Under the pieces are notes generated by a model. It made no database searches, was not told the DNA's origin, and saw only the letters and a program-made list of their open reading frames with translations. A DNA stretch of 64,000 nt, taken from contig NC_058369.1 of NCBI RefSeq assembly GCF_018350175.1, positions 135,470,001 to 135,534,000 on the forward strand. The letters are read 5' to 3'. Below are positions 14,222 to 28,600 of this stretch, one piece after another (the first letter of the stretch is position 1; the number at the start of each line of letters is the position of its first letter). The position numbers were made by a program, and so were the translations under genes. The DNA is from Felis catus (Eukaryota).

Positions 14222-14437
14222 TTTTTAAAAATTTTTTAATGTTTATTTATTTTTTGAGAGAGAGAGAGACAGAGCATGAGCAGGGGAGGGGCTGAGAGAG
14301 TGAGACACAATCCGAAGCAGGCTCCAGGCTCTGAGCTGTCAGCACAGAGCCTGACGCAGGGCTCGAACTGGTGAGCCATGAGGTCCTGGCCTAAGCCCAA
14401 GTTGGACGCTTAACTGACTGAGCCACCTCGGCACCCC
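14222..14437 (-). mobile_element. CAN-SINE
   Basis: Full body; TSD ttctgtctgtgagttcttt at 14203-14221 and 14438-14456. Confidence 0.95.
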
Positions 14438-14685
14438 TTCTGTCTGTGAGTTCTTTAACAAGTGCCTATTGGGTAAGGGTTGTGCTCTTTGTTCTTATCA
14501 TGCCATTTAATATTTACCACAGCTCTTTGAAGTGGTATTGGTATCTCCCTGTGCCAAAGAGGAAACTGGGGCTCAAAGATGTTACAATTCTTCTTGAGGT
14601 CATACAGCTGGCAAGTGGAAGAACCAGAACACGAACCCAGGGCTGGTTTACCCCAAACCCCAGCCTCGTTCCCCTACACCAATTA

Positions 14686-14860
14686 TTCCCAATCTTCATG
14701 GTGCATGGAAATCACCTGAAGAATCTTTCGGCACTATTCATTGACCCAGACATTCCGAGTGAATTGGTGTGGAGCTCAACCCAGGGATCACGGTGTGCGG
14801 TTTTATTTTTCTAGTTGCCTGGGTAATTCTATTATTCAGCAAAGTCTAGGAAGCACCTCC
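14686..14860 (+). mobile_element. MER5-type hAT MITE
   Basis: gtgcatggaaatcacctg...cctgggtaattcta..cagcaaagtctaggaagcac resembles MER5A. Confidence 0.55.
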
Positions 14861-15114
14861 CTAGGTTATTCAGTGCTTCCCTGGAGGCCAGCACACAGTG
14901 TGTTTAATATATATTTCCCCCAATTATTTGCTCCAAATGATTTTCTTTTCTGCTGGACATTTAATCCCCAAATTCTAAGGTTGGCAAAAATTCAAAAGCA
15001 AAAACAAGTAGAGAAAGAAATTAGTTATCTGGCTAACATGAGCCCCAAATTCATTTCCGATGAAATTTCCCAAATCAATATAAAGAAATTAGGAAGCACA
15101 AGCCAAAGTTGTTT

Positions 15115-15330
15115 TAATTTTACTTTTTAATGTTTATTTATTTTTGAGAGAGAGATACACAGAGCGCAAGTTGGGGAGGGACAGAGAGAGAGGGAGACAC
15201 AGAATCCCAAGCAGATTCCAGGCTCCAAGCTGTCAGCACAGAGCCTGATGTGGGGGCTCGAACCCATGAACTGCAAGATCATGACCTGAGCTGAAGTCAG
15301 ACATTTAACTGACTAAGCCACCCAGGCATC
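15115..15330 (-). mobile_element. CAN-SINE
   Basis: Full body; TSD gccaaagttgttt at 15102-15114 and 15333-15345. Confidence 0.95.
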
Positions 15331-18300
15331 AGGCCAAAGTTGTTTAAACTCATTGCTCCTCAATTGCCTTTCTTTGACAAAGAGACGTGGCCTCCTGGAC
15401 ACCCTCCCGCCCTTCCCCTTTTTCATCACTCAGAAGCTGCATGTTGCCATGACTTGTCTCCACAAACTGATCCCAAGGCAGAGCCTACCTTCTTTGGAAG
15501 AGAAGTTGGCACGTGGCAAGGGAAGCATGTATAGAAGGTGTGGACCATGGCAACGATCAGGTCACACTCTCTGAGTCCTCGTGCTGTTCTGTGGCAGGCT
15601 GTCACAACCATGCACTGCCCCAGAAATTGCTGGGAAAAAAATCTCTTTGGGTTAGCCACTGCCCACACTGAAATTACTATTCTCTTTGCACAATTTCTTT
15701 TATCACACCAAAATTGATGGAAAGATTTTTGAAAACTATTCTTTAAAATGTTTTGTCCCATTTAAGAGTTATCTATAACTTTTAGTATTAAATTCCACCA
15801 GTTAGGAAACATCACCCAATAAAACTGCGCTGTGAATTTATGTGGACTTCCTATCTAATTAGTAGGATATACATTCTTATAAAATCCTATTAAAGCTTCT
15901 GTTCTGCTGCATCTAAGAAGCAAACAACAGAAGACCTTTCAGCATCTATAAAGGCCATGAAACTACTCTTCTCAGATGTTTTGGATTCAGATGTTGATCA
16001 TTGCTAGCAGTAATCTAGAACACATGAGAGATCTAGACGTCACTTATGCTCAAAGGATTGGACCAATTAAACAATTCATTCACTGAACTTTATTCAGAGT
16101 CTGCCCTACGTGCCCACACATATATACAGTGCCTAATACAGAGCTAAGTACTATTTGGAGCCCAGTGACTCACACAGGAGTGTTCCTTTATAAAGATGCC
16201 TAAGGCTAAGTTAACTGGTCTCAGTTAAATGATATACTAGGTCAGTAATTTAAAAGAGGCTTCAGGGCCTCAAATGATTTATTGCTAAGTGAATGGTCCA
16301 TGTGGGCCATTTGTGGTAGAAAGCAGGCAAGAAAACCAGGTGAAGGTTCTGCCTTTTTAACTTTTGAATCTCAGCTGCTTTGATTGCAAGAGTGTCATAT
16401 CAGAAATTTATTTCCAAGGTCATCCCATCTCTCCTGGGGATTTGTGAGAGTTCATGGGATGGAGTGGAGGCCTCTGGCAATGAGGTGTGTATTCAACTTG
16501 GAGGGGGGAAATGTTGGGAAGGGGCCCATGAGGAAATACCGTACCAGTTATATTAACAGAGGCAATTTAATATGAAGAATTAGTAACCGGGTTCTGGAGG
16601 ACATAAAGGACACTCTGACGTATTTAGAGACAGGAAATGCAGGAAACGGCCACTGCCCACAAGGGTAGAAGGACAAAGAGGAAAGGCTGGGTTAGAAATT
16701 GGAAGCTTGGAGAAGAGCTGAAGCAGGGGTCCTGCCCAGGTGGTGCTGGTGTCTCTTAGAGCCTCAATGAAGCTTGTTCTGGGGTGTAAGGAAAACCTGC
16801 AAACGGACAAGCTGCTGTTGCAGGAAGAAGCATTGCTAGAGTAATACCCACAGGAACGTCTGGAGCAGATCTCACTATGAGAGGAATCATTTGTGTGGTG
16901 AGTCTTAGTTATGTTAATGTAAAGACACTAGACTCCCCTTGCATACAAAAAAGATGTAACAGAATTTTAAAAATTTTCTGTGGCTTATCAGTTTGCAAAA
17001 AGAGACCCGGAGGCTTCTGGTAGGGAATGAATGCAAAACCTCATGCTCTTCTTCCTGAGAGTTGAAATTAGAGAAATCTGCTTTTTAAGAGTGTGTTATT
17101 AACAAACGTCTGCTGACATGAGAGGACTCCAGAAGCCCCATCGGGGGATTCCTTATGAGAGGATCTGCTGGTGATACAGGCTGGAGAAAAACAAAGAGTT
17201 CCAGCAAAACACACAGGTGAGACTGAAGAATGTCTGGACCTAGCCGCTAAGGTGTTTTGTCACTCTTTCAGAGCAATGGCTGAATATGTGAGTGAAAACG
17301 CAAAAAGCTATAAACTCAGATCCCAAGCATAAGTTTTGGGTTGTGCAGGGATTTGGCTCAGCAAGGGTATCACCTGATCCTTGAGCCAGAGTCCTTGTAA
17401 CTCTACAGGATTTGTGTTCTGTGATGACATGGTACTTGGAAAAGTCACAGAAGCAAGAGTGCCTATAGACCAAAGAGACTTTCCAGTTATGCTGTTTGGA
17501 AGTACTGACCCACCTGGTCTCAGTGAATTCCTGGGATTCTTGGGCAATTTGAAGTAGGAATCTCAAGAGAGCTCCTGGATTTCTGCTAATTAGGAATAAC
17601 TGAGCAATAAATGGGGGAAATGTGTAAAGCTGATAAAGAGGGTTACACCAGTTATACTAGTTTTTAAGCTCCAGTTATTCATTTGGAATAGGGACAAAGA
17701 TGTGGGGAAATACAGTTCTTAGTAACATGTTAATATTTATGTGTTTCAAGACAACCAGCTGTCAGGGACCATTAGGCATTTGGGACCTTTTTGATCCTTT
17801 ATAGGAAATTAATCAGAATCTGAATTTCTGATGNNNNNNNNNNNNNNNNNNNNNNNNNNNNNNNNNNNNNNNNNNNNNNNNNNNNNNNNNNNNNNNNNNN
17901 NNNNNNNNNNNNNNNNNNNNNNNNNNNNNNNNNNNNNNNNNNNNNNNNNNNNNNNNNNNNNNNNNNNNNNNNNNNNNNNNNNNNNNNNNNNNNNNNNNNT
18001 CCTAAGCCACACGATATTTAGGGAGCTATAGAAATTATATAAAATCAGAGTTTTGTTGATTTTAAGAAGTATTTAGGAAGTAATGAGTAATGGTCTTATA
18101 TTTTAATTATTGTGGGTTATTTTCATCAGGTTAACACTAAGAAGTCAATATTATTATCTATTTGTGTCTCTCAGGAAAACCGCTACAGTAATTTAACAGC
18201 TGTAATCAATTCACAAAACATCCTTGGCAAGGGTGGGCTTGCATACTTATGCAGAGATTCAAAGTTAGATATTATCTGGATGAGTACTGTGTACTGTGCT

Positions 18301-18529
18301 TGATGGGATTTTTTTTTAAATGTAAATCAGAAATTGCTTGCAGAACAGATAAATGAGTCATTTATTCTTCTATTTAAAATAATATTGATTTATTGAATAT
18401 TTGCTACATGCATTGTGCTCTCTAGTTGAATCAAGAGTGAGAAGTGAAAGGGGGATTGGTGAAGGGAACGAGAGGGTGTAAGGGAGAGAGCCTTGGCAGA
18501 TCTTGTAGCTTTCTAGATTAATTTTCATA

Positions 18530-19830
18530 AAAAGTTGACATTTTACAATATTGGGTCTTTCTATCAAAATCTCTCCATTCAAAGTATCCCTTATTTCCAT
18601 TACTAAAGTTTTTAGTATTTTTTTCTTTAATTATGCACAGTCATTATTGTTTATACACAGATTTTATATTGCTATTATGAACAATAGATTCCCAACCAGT
18701 TTCCCTACTTTCTACACTCCAAAGTCCTTACACAATTTTCATTACAGTCTAAGTCCTCCCACATCCACACCTACAAATCTATCCTCCTTTTAGATTGAGA
18801 GTTTTGAAAATTATTTTTATCTCACTACTAGATAAGAAATTACACATTTTTGTTTTAATGGTTATCCTTAAAATTTTAACGTGGCTACCTAACAATGCCT
18901 CAAGATTATTTCTTCTCTCCTTCTCAACAATATAAAAAACTTAAAATGCTTAATTTTGGTCCCTCCCTTTCCATCCTGATATTGTTGCCAACACTATATT
19001 TCACCTTGCTCTGTTACCAGAAATGAGTAATTCCTAGTTATTTTTATATGTTCATTGTTGTAAATTTCACTGCATGTATACAAATTTATTTGCTCAACTT
19101 TTCCTCTTGCATTTCATTGGAAAATGTTTTTTCAATTTCCTATAGATAGGATCTGCTCTTGGTATATTTTTGTTTGTCTGAAAATCTCTTTACTCTTGCT
19201 CTTTAATGATAGTTTAGCTGGATATAAAGTTATAGATTGATTTTTTTCCCTCAGGATTTTGAAAATATGATTCCAGTGCCTTCTTTCTTCCATCATTGCT
19301 CTACAAAAGTCTCCCTTTGGTCTAAACTGTTTTGCAGATAACTTGTCTTTTCTCTCTGGTAGTTTTTTAAAAGTTTTTTTTTTCAATGTTTATTTATGAA
19401 GGGGGGGTACAGAGAGAGAGAGGGAGACACAAAATCTGAAGCAGGCTCCAGGCTCTGAGCTGTCAGCACAGAGCCTGACCTGGGGTTCAAACTCATGTGG
19501 GGCTCCAACTCTGGAACTGTGAGATCATAACCTGAGCTGCAGTCAGATGCTTAATGAACTGAGCCACCCAGGCACCCCTCTCTGGTAGTTTTTGAAATCG
19601 CTTTTTCCTCTGCTCTCTGCACTTTTGCAACAATATATTTTATTTGGTTTTGGAACTACTTGGAACCTCTGCTTCTTGACATTGAAAATTTATATCTTTC
19701 CTCCATTCTGGAAATTGCTCATCTTTCTCACTTCCTGTCTTTTTTCTTTCTAGAATTCCTGTTTTAAGACATATGATGGGCCTATTAATTCTACTTTCCC
19801 TGTATCTCAGCTCCTTTCATATTTTCCATT
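18530..19830 (-). mobile_element. Ancient L1/HAL1 fragment including ORF1 C-terminal remnant
   Basis: ORF 19132-19386 reads DFCRAMMEERRHWNHIFKILREKNQSITLYPAKLSLK, like L1 ORF1p (ARR.W..IFK.L.E..LYPAKLSF). Boundaries approximate. Confidence 0.7.
19368..19577 (-). mobile_element. CAN-SINE inserted in ancient L1
   Basis: Full body with a small internal duplication near the B box; TSD ctctctggtagttttt at 19352-19367 and 19578-19593. Confidence 0.94.
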
Positions 19831-20285
19831 TCTTCAAAACCAAAAGCCACTCACCCTAGTATATTATTACTCCTTTTAAGACTGTAATATATATATTTAC
19901 TGTTAGGTTCAGAGCCTCTCCATCAACGCAGATAAAAAGTTGTTAACATTTCATCCACGGCCTGGGGTGCTGAAGCAAAGACCCAGGCAGAAATCTCAGG
20001 GCTGTGTTTTTTCCTATTTCCCCAAGTGCCCAGCCACCTCCTCAGCCCTGGGATATTTCTTCCCAGCACTCAAGGCTGTTGGGTCTATTAAGAAACCTGG
20101 TGCGCTGAGTGGCTAAGAGTGGGTTCCATTGCAATGTTATTAGATCACCCCATTATGAGCACCTTTCTTTGGAAAGGACAGGGCAGTGGAGCAGAGATTT
20201 GGGGCTAATTTCCTTAGATCTGTCTTCTACTTCACTAACTCTCTTTTTAGGTGTATCTAGTTTTCTGTTTACCACATCTACTGAG

Positions 20286-20429
20286 TTTTTTTTTAAAGAC
20301 ACATTTAATCAGCATCATGATCAGACTGTTATATTTATCAATTAACATGTGAGCGACAAGAAAAAACTACGTTAAAACCTTTTGTTGGAGTGCTTTTCAC
20401 TTTTCAGAGACCAGAAACTAAAATATTTG
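20286..20429 (-). pseudogene. HNRNPA1: HNRNPA1 processed pseudogene, distal 3' UTR and poly(A) remnant displaced by the L1 insertion
   Basis: Minus strand reads tattttagtttctggtctctgaaaagtgaaaagcactccaacaaaaggttttaacgtag...ataacagtctgatcatgatgctgattaaatgtgtctttaaaaaaaaa, matching the recalled end of the HNRNPA1 3' UTR. ATTAAA at 20304-20309 and an A-tract at 20286-20294. Confidence 0.85.
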
Positions 20430-21347
20430 GGAAGATGGTGGCGTAGGAGGATGCTGGGCTCACCTCGTCCTGCTGATCACTTAGATTCCAACCACACCTG
20501 CCTAAATAACCCAGAAAACTGCCAGAAGACTAGCAGAATGGATTCTCCAGAGCCAAGCATAGACAAGAGGCCCACGGAAGAGGGTAGGAAGGGCGACGAG
20601 GCAGTGTGCGCTACACGGACTGGCAGAAGGGAGCCAGGGTGGAGGGGCAGCCTGCTGGCAAAGCAGAGCCCCCAAGTCTGGCTTGCAAAAGCGGAGGGAC
20701 CGGACAGAGTGTGTTCTGACAGCAAGCGGGACTTAACATCTAGAAGGTTATAATTTGACAGCTCTGCTCAGAGAGCGGGAGGGCTGGAGGACAATGGGAG
20801 GGAGAGTTGTTGAGCCCTGGATGACAGAGCACAGCTTGTCGGGGAACAAAGGCACTCGCCAGCAACATCTCCCTCGCCCACCCCCCAGCGAAAATCCCAA
20901 AGGGAACCAGTTCCTGCCAGGGAACTTACTTACACCACACAAACACCCAATGCTGTGCTTCTGTGGAACCATCCCTCCAACAGCAGGTCTGACTCCCTCT
21001 GGGTGCTGCAGGGCCCCTCCTGAACCAGATCACCGAAGGAAAAGCGAGCCGAGCCTGCCCCACCCGCCCCTGTGCACCCTGCCAATCCACCCCAGCTAAT
21101 ACGCCAGATCCCCAGCATCACAAGCCTGGCAGTGTGCAAGTAGCCCAGACGGGCCAGCCACCCCACAGTGAATCCCACCCCTAGGAGAGGGGAAGAGAAG
21201 GTACACACACCAGTCTGACTGTGGCCCCAGCAGTGGGCTGGGGGCAGCCATCAGATCTGACTGTGGCCCTGCCCACCAACGCAAGTTATTCAAGACAGCA
21301 CAGGGGAAGTGCCCTGCAGTTTCGCACCACTCCAGGGACTATCCAAA

Positions 21348-22242
21348 ATGACAAAATGGAAGAATTCCCCTCAAAAGAATCTCCAGGAAATAGCGACAGC
21401 TAACGAACTGATCAAAAACGATTAAAACAATATAACAGAAAGTGAATTTACAATAATAGTCATAAAATTAATCGCTGGGCTTGAAAACAGTATACAGGAC
21501 AGCAGAGAATCTATTGCTACAGAGATCAAGGGACTAAGGAACAGCCAGGAGGAGCTAAAAAATGTTATTAATGAGCTGCAAAATAAAATGGAGATGACCA
21601 CAGCTCTGATTGAAGAGGCAGAGGAGAGAATAGGTGAACTAGAAGACAAAATTATGGAAAAAGAAGAAGCTGAGAAAAAGAGAGATGAAAAAATCCAGGA
21701 GTATGAGGGGAAAATTAGAGAACAAATTGATGCACTAAAGAGAAATAATCTATGCATGATTGGTATTCCAGAGAAGGAAGAGAGAGGGAAAGGTGCTAAA
21801 GGTGTACTTGAAGAAATCATAGCTGAGAACTTCCCTGATCTGGGGAAGGAAAAAGGCATTGAAATCCAAGAGGCACAGAGAACTCCCTTCAGACATAACT
21901 TGAAAAGATCTTCTGCTCGACATATCGTAGTGAAGCTGGCAAAATACAAGGATTAAAGAGAAAATTCTGAGAGAAGCTAGGGATAAACATGCTCTAACAT
22001 ATAAAGGGAGACCGATAAGACTCATGACAGATCTCTCTACTGAAACCTGGCAGGCCAGAAAGGAGTGGCAGGAAATCTTCAATGTAATGAACAGAAAAAA
22101 TATGCAGCCAACATTCCTTTATCCAGCAGGTCTGTCATTTAGAATAGAAGGAGAGATAAAGGTCTTCCCAAACAAACAAAACCTGAAGGAATTCATCACC
22201 ACTAAACCAGCCCTACAAGAGATCCTAAGGGGGATCCTGTGA
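21348..22242 (+). pseudogene. L1 ORF1p, disrupted
   Basis: ATG at 21348 (MTKWKNSPQK), premature TAA at 21423 and a +1 frameshift near 21953. Pieces carry ORF1p motifs (KRNNLCMIGIPE, IIAENFPDLGK, QEAQRTP, DLSTETWQARKEW, FITTKPALQEILRGIL). Confidence 0.9.
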
Positions 22243-22292
22243 GACAAAACACCAGAGACATCACTTCAAGCATGAAACCTACAGACATCACA

Positions 22293-25200
22293 ATGACTCT
22301 AAACCCATATCTTTTTATAATAACACTGAACATAAATGGACTAAATGCTCCAACCAAAAGACATAGGGTATCAGAATGGATAAAAAAAACAAGACCCATC
22401 TATTTGCTGTCTACAAGAGACTCATTTTAGACCTGAGGACACCTTCAGATTGAAAGTCAGGGGATGGAGAACTATCTATCATGCTACTGGAATTCAAAAG
22501 AAAGCTGGACTAGCCATACTTAGATCAGACAAACTAGACTTTAAATTAAAGGCTGTAACAAGAGATGAAGAAGGGCATTATATAACAATTACAGGATCTA
22601 TCCATCAGGAAGAGCTAACAATTATAAATGTCTATGCACCAAATATGGGAGCCCCCAAATATATAAAACAATTACTCACAAACATAAGCAACCTTATTGA
22701 TAAGAATGTGGTAATTGCAGGGGACTTTAACACTCCACTTACAGAAATGGATAGATCATCTAGACACACGGTCAATAAAGAAACAAGGGCCCTGAAGGAT
22801 ACATTGGATCAGATGGACTTGACAGATATATTTAGAACTCTGCATCCCAAAGCAACAGAATATACTTTCTTCTCGAGTGCACATGGAACATTCTCCAAGA
22901 TAGATCACATACTGGGTCACAAAACAGCCCTTCATAAGTATAGAAGAATTGAGATCATACCATTCATACTTCCAGACCACAATGCTATGAAGCTTGAAAT
23001 GAACCACAGGAAAGTCTGGAAAACCTCCAAAAGCATGGAGGTTAAAGAACACCCTACTAAAGAATGAGTGGGTCAACCAGGCAATTAGACAAGAAATTAA
23101 AAAATATATGGAAACAAATGAAAATGAAAATACAACAATCCAAACACTTTGGGATGCAGCGAAGGCAGTCCTGAGAGGAAAATACATTGCAATCCAGGCC
23201 TATCTCAAGAAACAAGAAAAATCCCCAATACAGAATGTAACAGCACACCCAAAGGAAATAGAAGCAGAACAGCAAAGACAGCCTAAACCCATCAGAAGAA
23301 GAGAAATAATAAAGATCAGAGCAGAAATAACCAATATAGAATCTAAAAAAACTGTAGAGCAGATCAATGAAACCAAGAGTTGGTTTTTTGAAAAAATAAA
23401 CAAAATTGATAAACCTCTAGCCAGGCTTCTCAAAAAGAAAAGGGAGATGAACCAAATAGATAAAATCATGAATGAAAATGGAATTATTACAACCAATCCC
23501 TCAGAAATACAAGCAATTATCAGGGAATACTATGAAAAATTACATGCCAACAAACTGGACAACCTGGAAGAAATGGACAAATTCCTAAGCACCCACACAC
23601 TTCCAAAACTCAATCAGGAGGAAATAGAAAGCTTGAATAGACCCATAAACCAGCAAAGAAATTGAATCAGTTATCAAAAATCTCCCAACAAATAAGAGTC
23701 CAGGACCAGATGGCTTCCCAGGGGAATTCTACCAGACATTTAAAGCAGAGATAATACCTATCCTTCTCAAGCTATTCCAAAAAAGAGAAAGGGAAGGAAA
23801 ACTTCCAGACTCATTCTATGAAGCCAGTATTACTTTGATTCCTAAATCAGNNNNNNNNNNNNNNNNNNNNNNNNNNNNNNNNNNNNNNNNNNNNNNNNNN
23901 NNNNNNNNNNNNNNNNNNNNNNNNNNNNNNNNNNNNNNNNNNNNNNNNNNNNNNNNNNNNNNNNNNNNNNNNNNNNNNNNNNNNNNNNNNNNNNNNNNNN
24001 NNNNNNNNNNNCAACATTAGCAAATCAATCAACATGATGCATCACATTAATAAAAGAAAAGATAAGGGGCACCTGGGTGGCTCCGTCGGTTGAGCTTCCG
24101 ACTTCGGCTCAGGTCACGATCTCGGAGTCTGTGAGTTCGAGCCCCACGTCAGGCTCTGGGCTGATGGCTCAGAGCCTGGAGCTGGCTTCTGATTCTGTGT
24201 CTCCCTCTCTCTCTGCCCCTCCCCTGTTTGTGCTCTGTCTCTCTGTCTCAAAAATAAATAAACGTTAAAAAAATCAAAAAAATTAAATAAATAAAAGAAA
24301 AGATAAGAACCATATGACCCTGTCAATCGATGCAGAAAAAGCATTTGACAAAATTCAGCATCCTTTCTTAATTAAAACCCTCGAGAAAGTCAGGATAAAA
24401 GGAACATACTTAAAAATCATAAAAGCCATTTATGAAAAGCCCACAGCTAACATCATCCTCAATGGGGAAAAACTGAGAGCTTTTTCCCTGAGATCAGGAA
24501 CATGACAGGGATGTCCACTCTCACCACTGTTGTTTAACATAGTGTTGGAAGTTCTAGCATCAGCAGACAACAAAAGGAAATCAAAGACATCAACGTTGGC
24601 AAAGATGAAGTTAAGCTTTCACTTTTTGCAGATGACATGATACCATACATGGAAAATCCGATAGACTCCACCAAAAGTCTGCTAGAACTGATACATGAAT
24701 TCAGCAAAGTTGCATGATACAAAATCAATGTACAGAAATCAGTTACATTCTTATACACTAACAGTGAAGCAACAGAAAGACAAAGAAACTGATACCATTC
24801 ACAATTGCACCAAGAAGCATAAAATACCTAGGAATAAATCTAACCAAAAATGTAACAGATCTGTATGCTGAAAACTATAGAAAGCTGATGAAGGAAATTG
24901 AAGAAGATTTAAAGAAATGGAAAACCATTCCATGCTCATGGATTGGAAGAATAAATATTGTCAAAATGTCAATACTAGCCAAAGCTATCTACACATTCAA
25001 TGCGATCCCAATCAAAATTGCACCAGCATTCTTCTTGAAGCTATAGCAAGCAATCCTAAAATTCATATGGAACCACAAAAGACCCCAAATAGCCAAAGTA
25101 ATTTTGAAGAAGAAGACCAAAGCAGGAGGCATCACAATCCCAGACTTTAGCCTCTACTACAAAGCTGTAATCATCAAGACAGCATGGTATTGGCACAAAA

Positions 25201-26354
25201 ACAGACACATAGACCAATGGAAGAAAATAGAAACCCCAGAACTAGACCCACAAACATATGGCCAACTAATCTTTGACAAAGCAGGAAAGAATATCCAATG
25301 AAAAAAGACAGTCTCTTTAACAAATGGTGCTGGGAGAACTGGACAGCAACATGCAGAAGGTTGAAACTAGACCAGTTTCTCACACCATTCACAAGAATAA
25401 ACTCAAAATGGATAAAGGACCTGAATGTGAGACAGGAAACCATCAAAACCCTAGAGGAGAAAGCAGGAAAACACCTCTCTGACCTCAGCCGTAGCAATCT
25501 CTTACTTGACACATCCCCAAAGGCAAGGGAATTAAAAGCAAAAATGAACTNNNNNNNNNNNNNNNNNNNNNNNNNNNNNNNNNNNNNNNNNNNNNNNNNN
25601 NNNNNNNNNNNNNNNNNNNNNNNNNNNNNNNNNNNNNNNNNNNNNNNNNNNNNNNNNNNNNNNNNNNNNNNNNNNNNNNNNNNNNNNNNNNNNNNNAAAC
25701 TCCACACCTGAAAAACAAATAACCCAGTGAAGAAATGGGCAGAAAACATGAATAGACACTTCTCTAAAGAAGACATCCGGATGGCCAACAGGCACATGAG
25801 AAGATGCTCAATGTCGCTCCTCATCAGGGACATACAAATCTAACCACCCTCAGATATCACCTCACACCAGAGTGGCCAAAATGGANNNNNNNNNNNNNNN
25901 NNNNNNNNNNNNNNNNNNNNNNNNNNNNNNNNNNNNNNNNNNNNNNNNNNNNNNNNNNNNNNNNNNNNNNNNNNNNNNNNNNNNNNNNNNNNNNNNNNNN
26001 NNNNNNNNNNNNNNNNNNNNNNNNNNNNNNNNNNNNNTAGCACTGCTAGGAATTTACCCAAGGGATACAGGAGTACTGATGCATAGGGGCACTTGCACCC
26101 CAATGTTTATGGCAGCACTTTCAACAATAGCCAAATTATGGAAAGAGCCTAAATGTCCATCAACTGATGAATGGATAAAGAAATTGTGGTTTGTATACAG
26201 AATGGAGTACTACGTGGCAATGAGAAAGAATGAAATATGGCCCTTTGTAGCAATGTGGACGGAACTGGAGAGTGTGATGCTAAGTGAAATAAGCCATACA
26301 GAGAAAGACAGATACCATATGTTTTCACACTTATGTGGATCCCGAGAAACTTAA
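22293..26354 (+). pseudogene. L1 ORF2p (endonuclease / reverse transcriptase), disrupted
   Basis: EN motifs (TLNINGLNAP, NVYAPN, GDFNTPL, SKIDHILG), RT motifs ([15 protein letters not shown]; tttgcagatgacatg = FADDM near 24625) and the C-terminal region. Many frameshifts and stops, one SINE insertion and three N-runs. Confidence 0.93.
24067..24289 (+). mobile_element. CAN-SINE (felid type) inserted in L1 ORF2
   Basis: tRNA-derived head with A/B boxes (tggctccgtcgg, gttcgagcc), CT tract and A-rich tail. TSD aataaaagaaaagataag at 24049-24066 and 24290-24307. Confidence 0.96.
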
Positions 26355-26587
26355 CAGAAATCCATGGGGGAGGGGAAGGAAAAAAAAAGAGGTTAGAGTG
26401 GGAGAGAGCCAAAGCGTAAGAGACTCTTTAAAACTGAGAACAAACTGAGGGTTGATGGGGGGTGGGAGGGAGGGGATGTGGGTGATGGGTATTGAAGAGG
26501 GCATTTTTTGGGATGAGCACTGGGTGTTGTATGGAAACCAATTTGACAATAAATTTCATATATCAAAAAAATACACTAAAATATTTG

Positions 26588-27690
<1,103 letters not shown>

Positions 27691-27709
27691 ATCACTGTTT
27701 TAATAGCCA

Positions 27710-28600
27710 TAGCTATATGTCAGGGTATATTTTTAATTACTGGGTGTTCCTTTTAGTTCTTTTTCAAATATTTTTAGCTTTTTCCTTTAAGTGTTATGTA
27801 TATTATTCATATTTATTATTCATTTTTCTTTTAAAAATCATTCCTAAACAGATTTGTTTTATAGCCTGTGTATCATAATTTTATTATCTGATATTCTTGG
27901 AGATCTGAGTGTATGGTTTGTTTTTTCTGTGACTCTCAATCGTGGTGGCTTATTTTGTGGTATGTTTTGTAATTTTAAATTATCAGCTCAGATTCAGTGA
28001 AGTTTTATATGTGAGAATTCTCTGCATCCTGGTTGAAAATGTGACCCTCAAAGAGGATTTGTTTTTGTATCTGCTAGGCACCTCAATCTAGAATGATTTT
28101 GTTTGTTTGTTTTAGGCTAATTTATTGGCTAGGCAATTCCTGAAGTATACAAATTATATTCATTCTAACATCAAACTAAATGAAGAAAGGCTGGTAGCTG
28201 TAAATAGTCAGGGCTATAAATTTATTTTAATTAATTAATTATTTTCCTACACTCATGCCATTACACAGGAAACTAGTTCCCAGTCTATTCCCTGAGCTGG
28301 TGGTCAGATTTTTGCTTTATTGAATGCATAGCCCTTTGAAAGGTTCTGACTTCATGTGGTAAGGGATGGGATGCCGTATCCTAATTCTAACTCCTCACTT
28401 CAAGAAGGTGCAAAATCTTGTTTCCTTCCCTGCCCTGGACTTTAATTTAAAACCCAATCTTCTAGAGAGGGAGATTAATAAACCTCCACTGGGGGCACCA
28501 ATGCTTGAGTTTTCAGTGTCCCCTTCATTTTTGGCCTCTGGAACTATCATGTATTTGAAGGTTGGAATGGGGAGAATTTACTTATATATTTTAAAGCATG
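27710..28600 (-). mobile_element. Probable ancient L1 5'/ORF1-proximal remnant
   Basis: T-rich sequence with gtggtggcttattttgtggtatgttttgtaatttt and gaggatttgtttttgtatctgctaggcacc, recalling L1M/HAL1 5' regions. Confidence 0.45.

Larger units (their letters stand above)
20430..26574 (+). mobile_element. Full-length felid-type LINE-1, inactivated
   Basis: 5' UTR begins ggaagatggtggcgtaggagg (decayed YY1-type start), followed by ORF1, ORF2, a G-rich 3' UTR, AATAAA at 26548-26553 and a short A tail. TSD actaaaatatttg at 20417-20429 and 26575-26587. Confidence 0.96.

Noticed and set aside
20430-26574. Possibly active L1
   Set aside because: Premature stop and frameshift in ORF1, many lesions and a SINE in ORF2, and a CpG-decayed 5' UTR.
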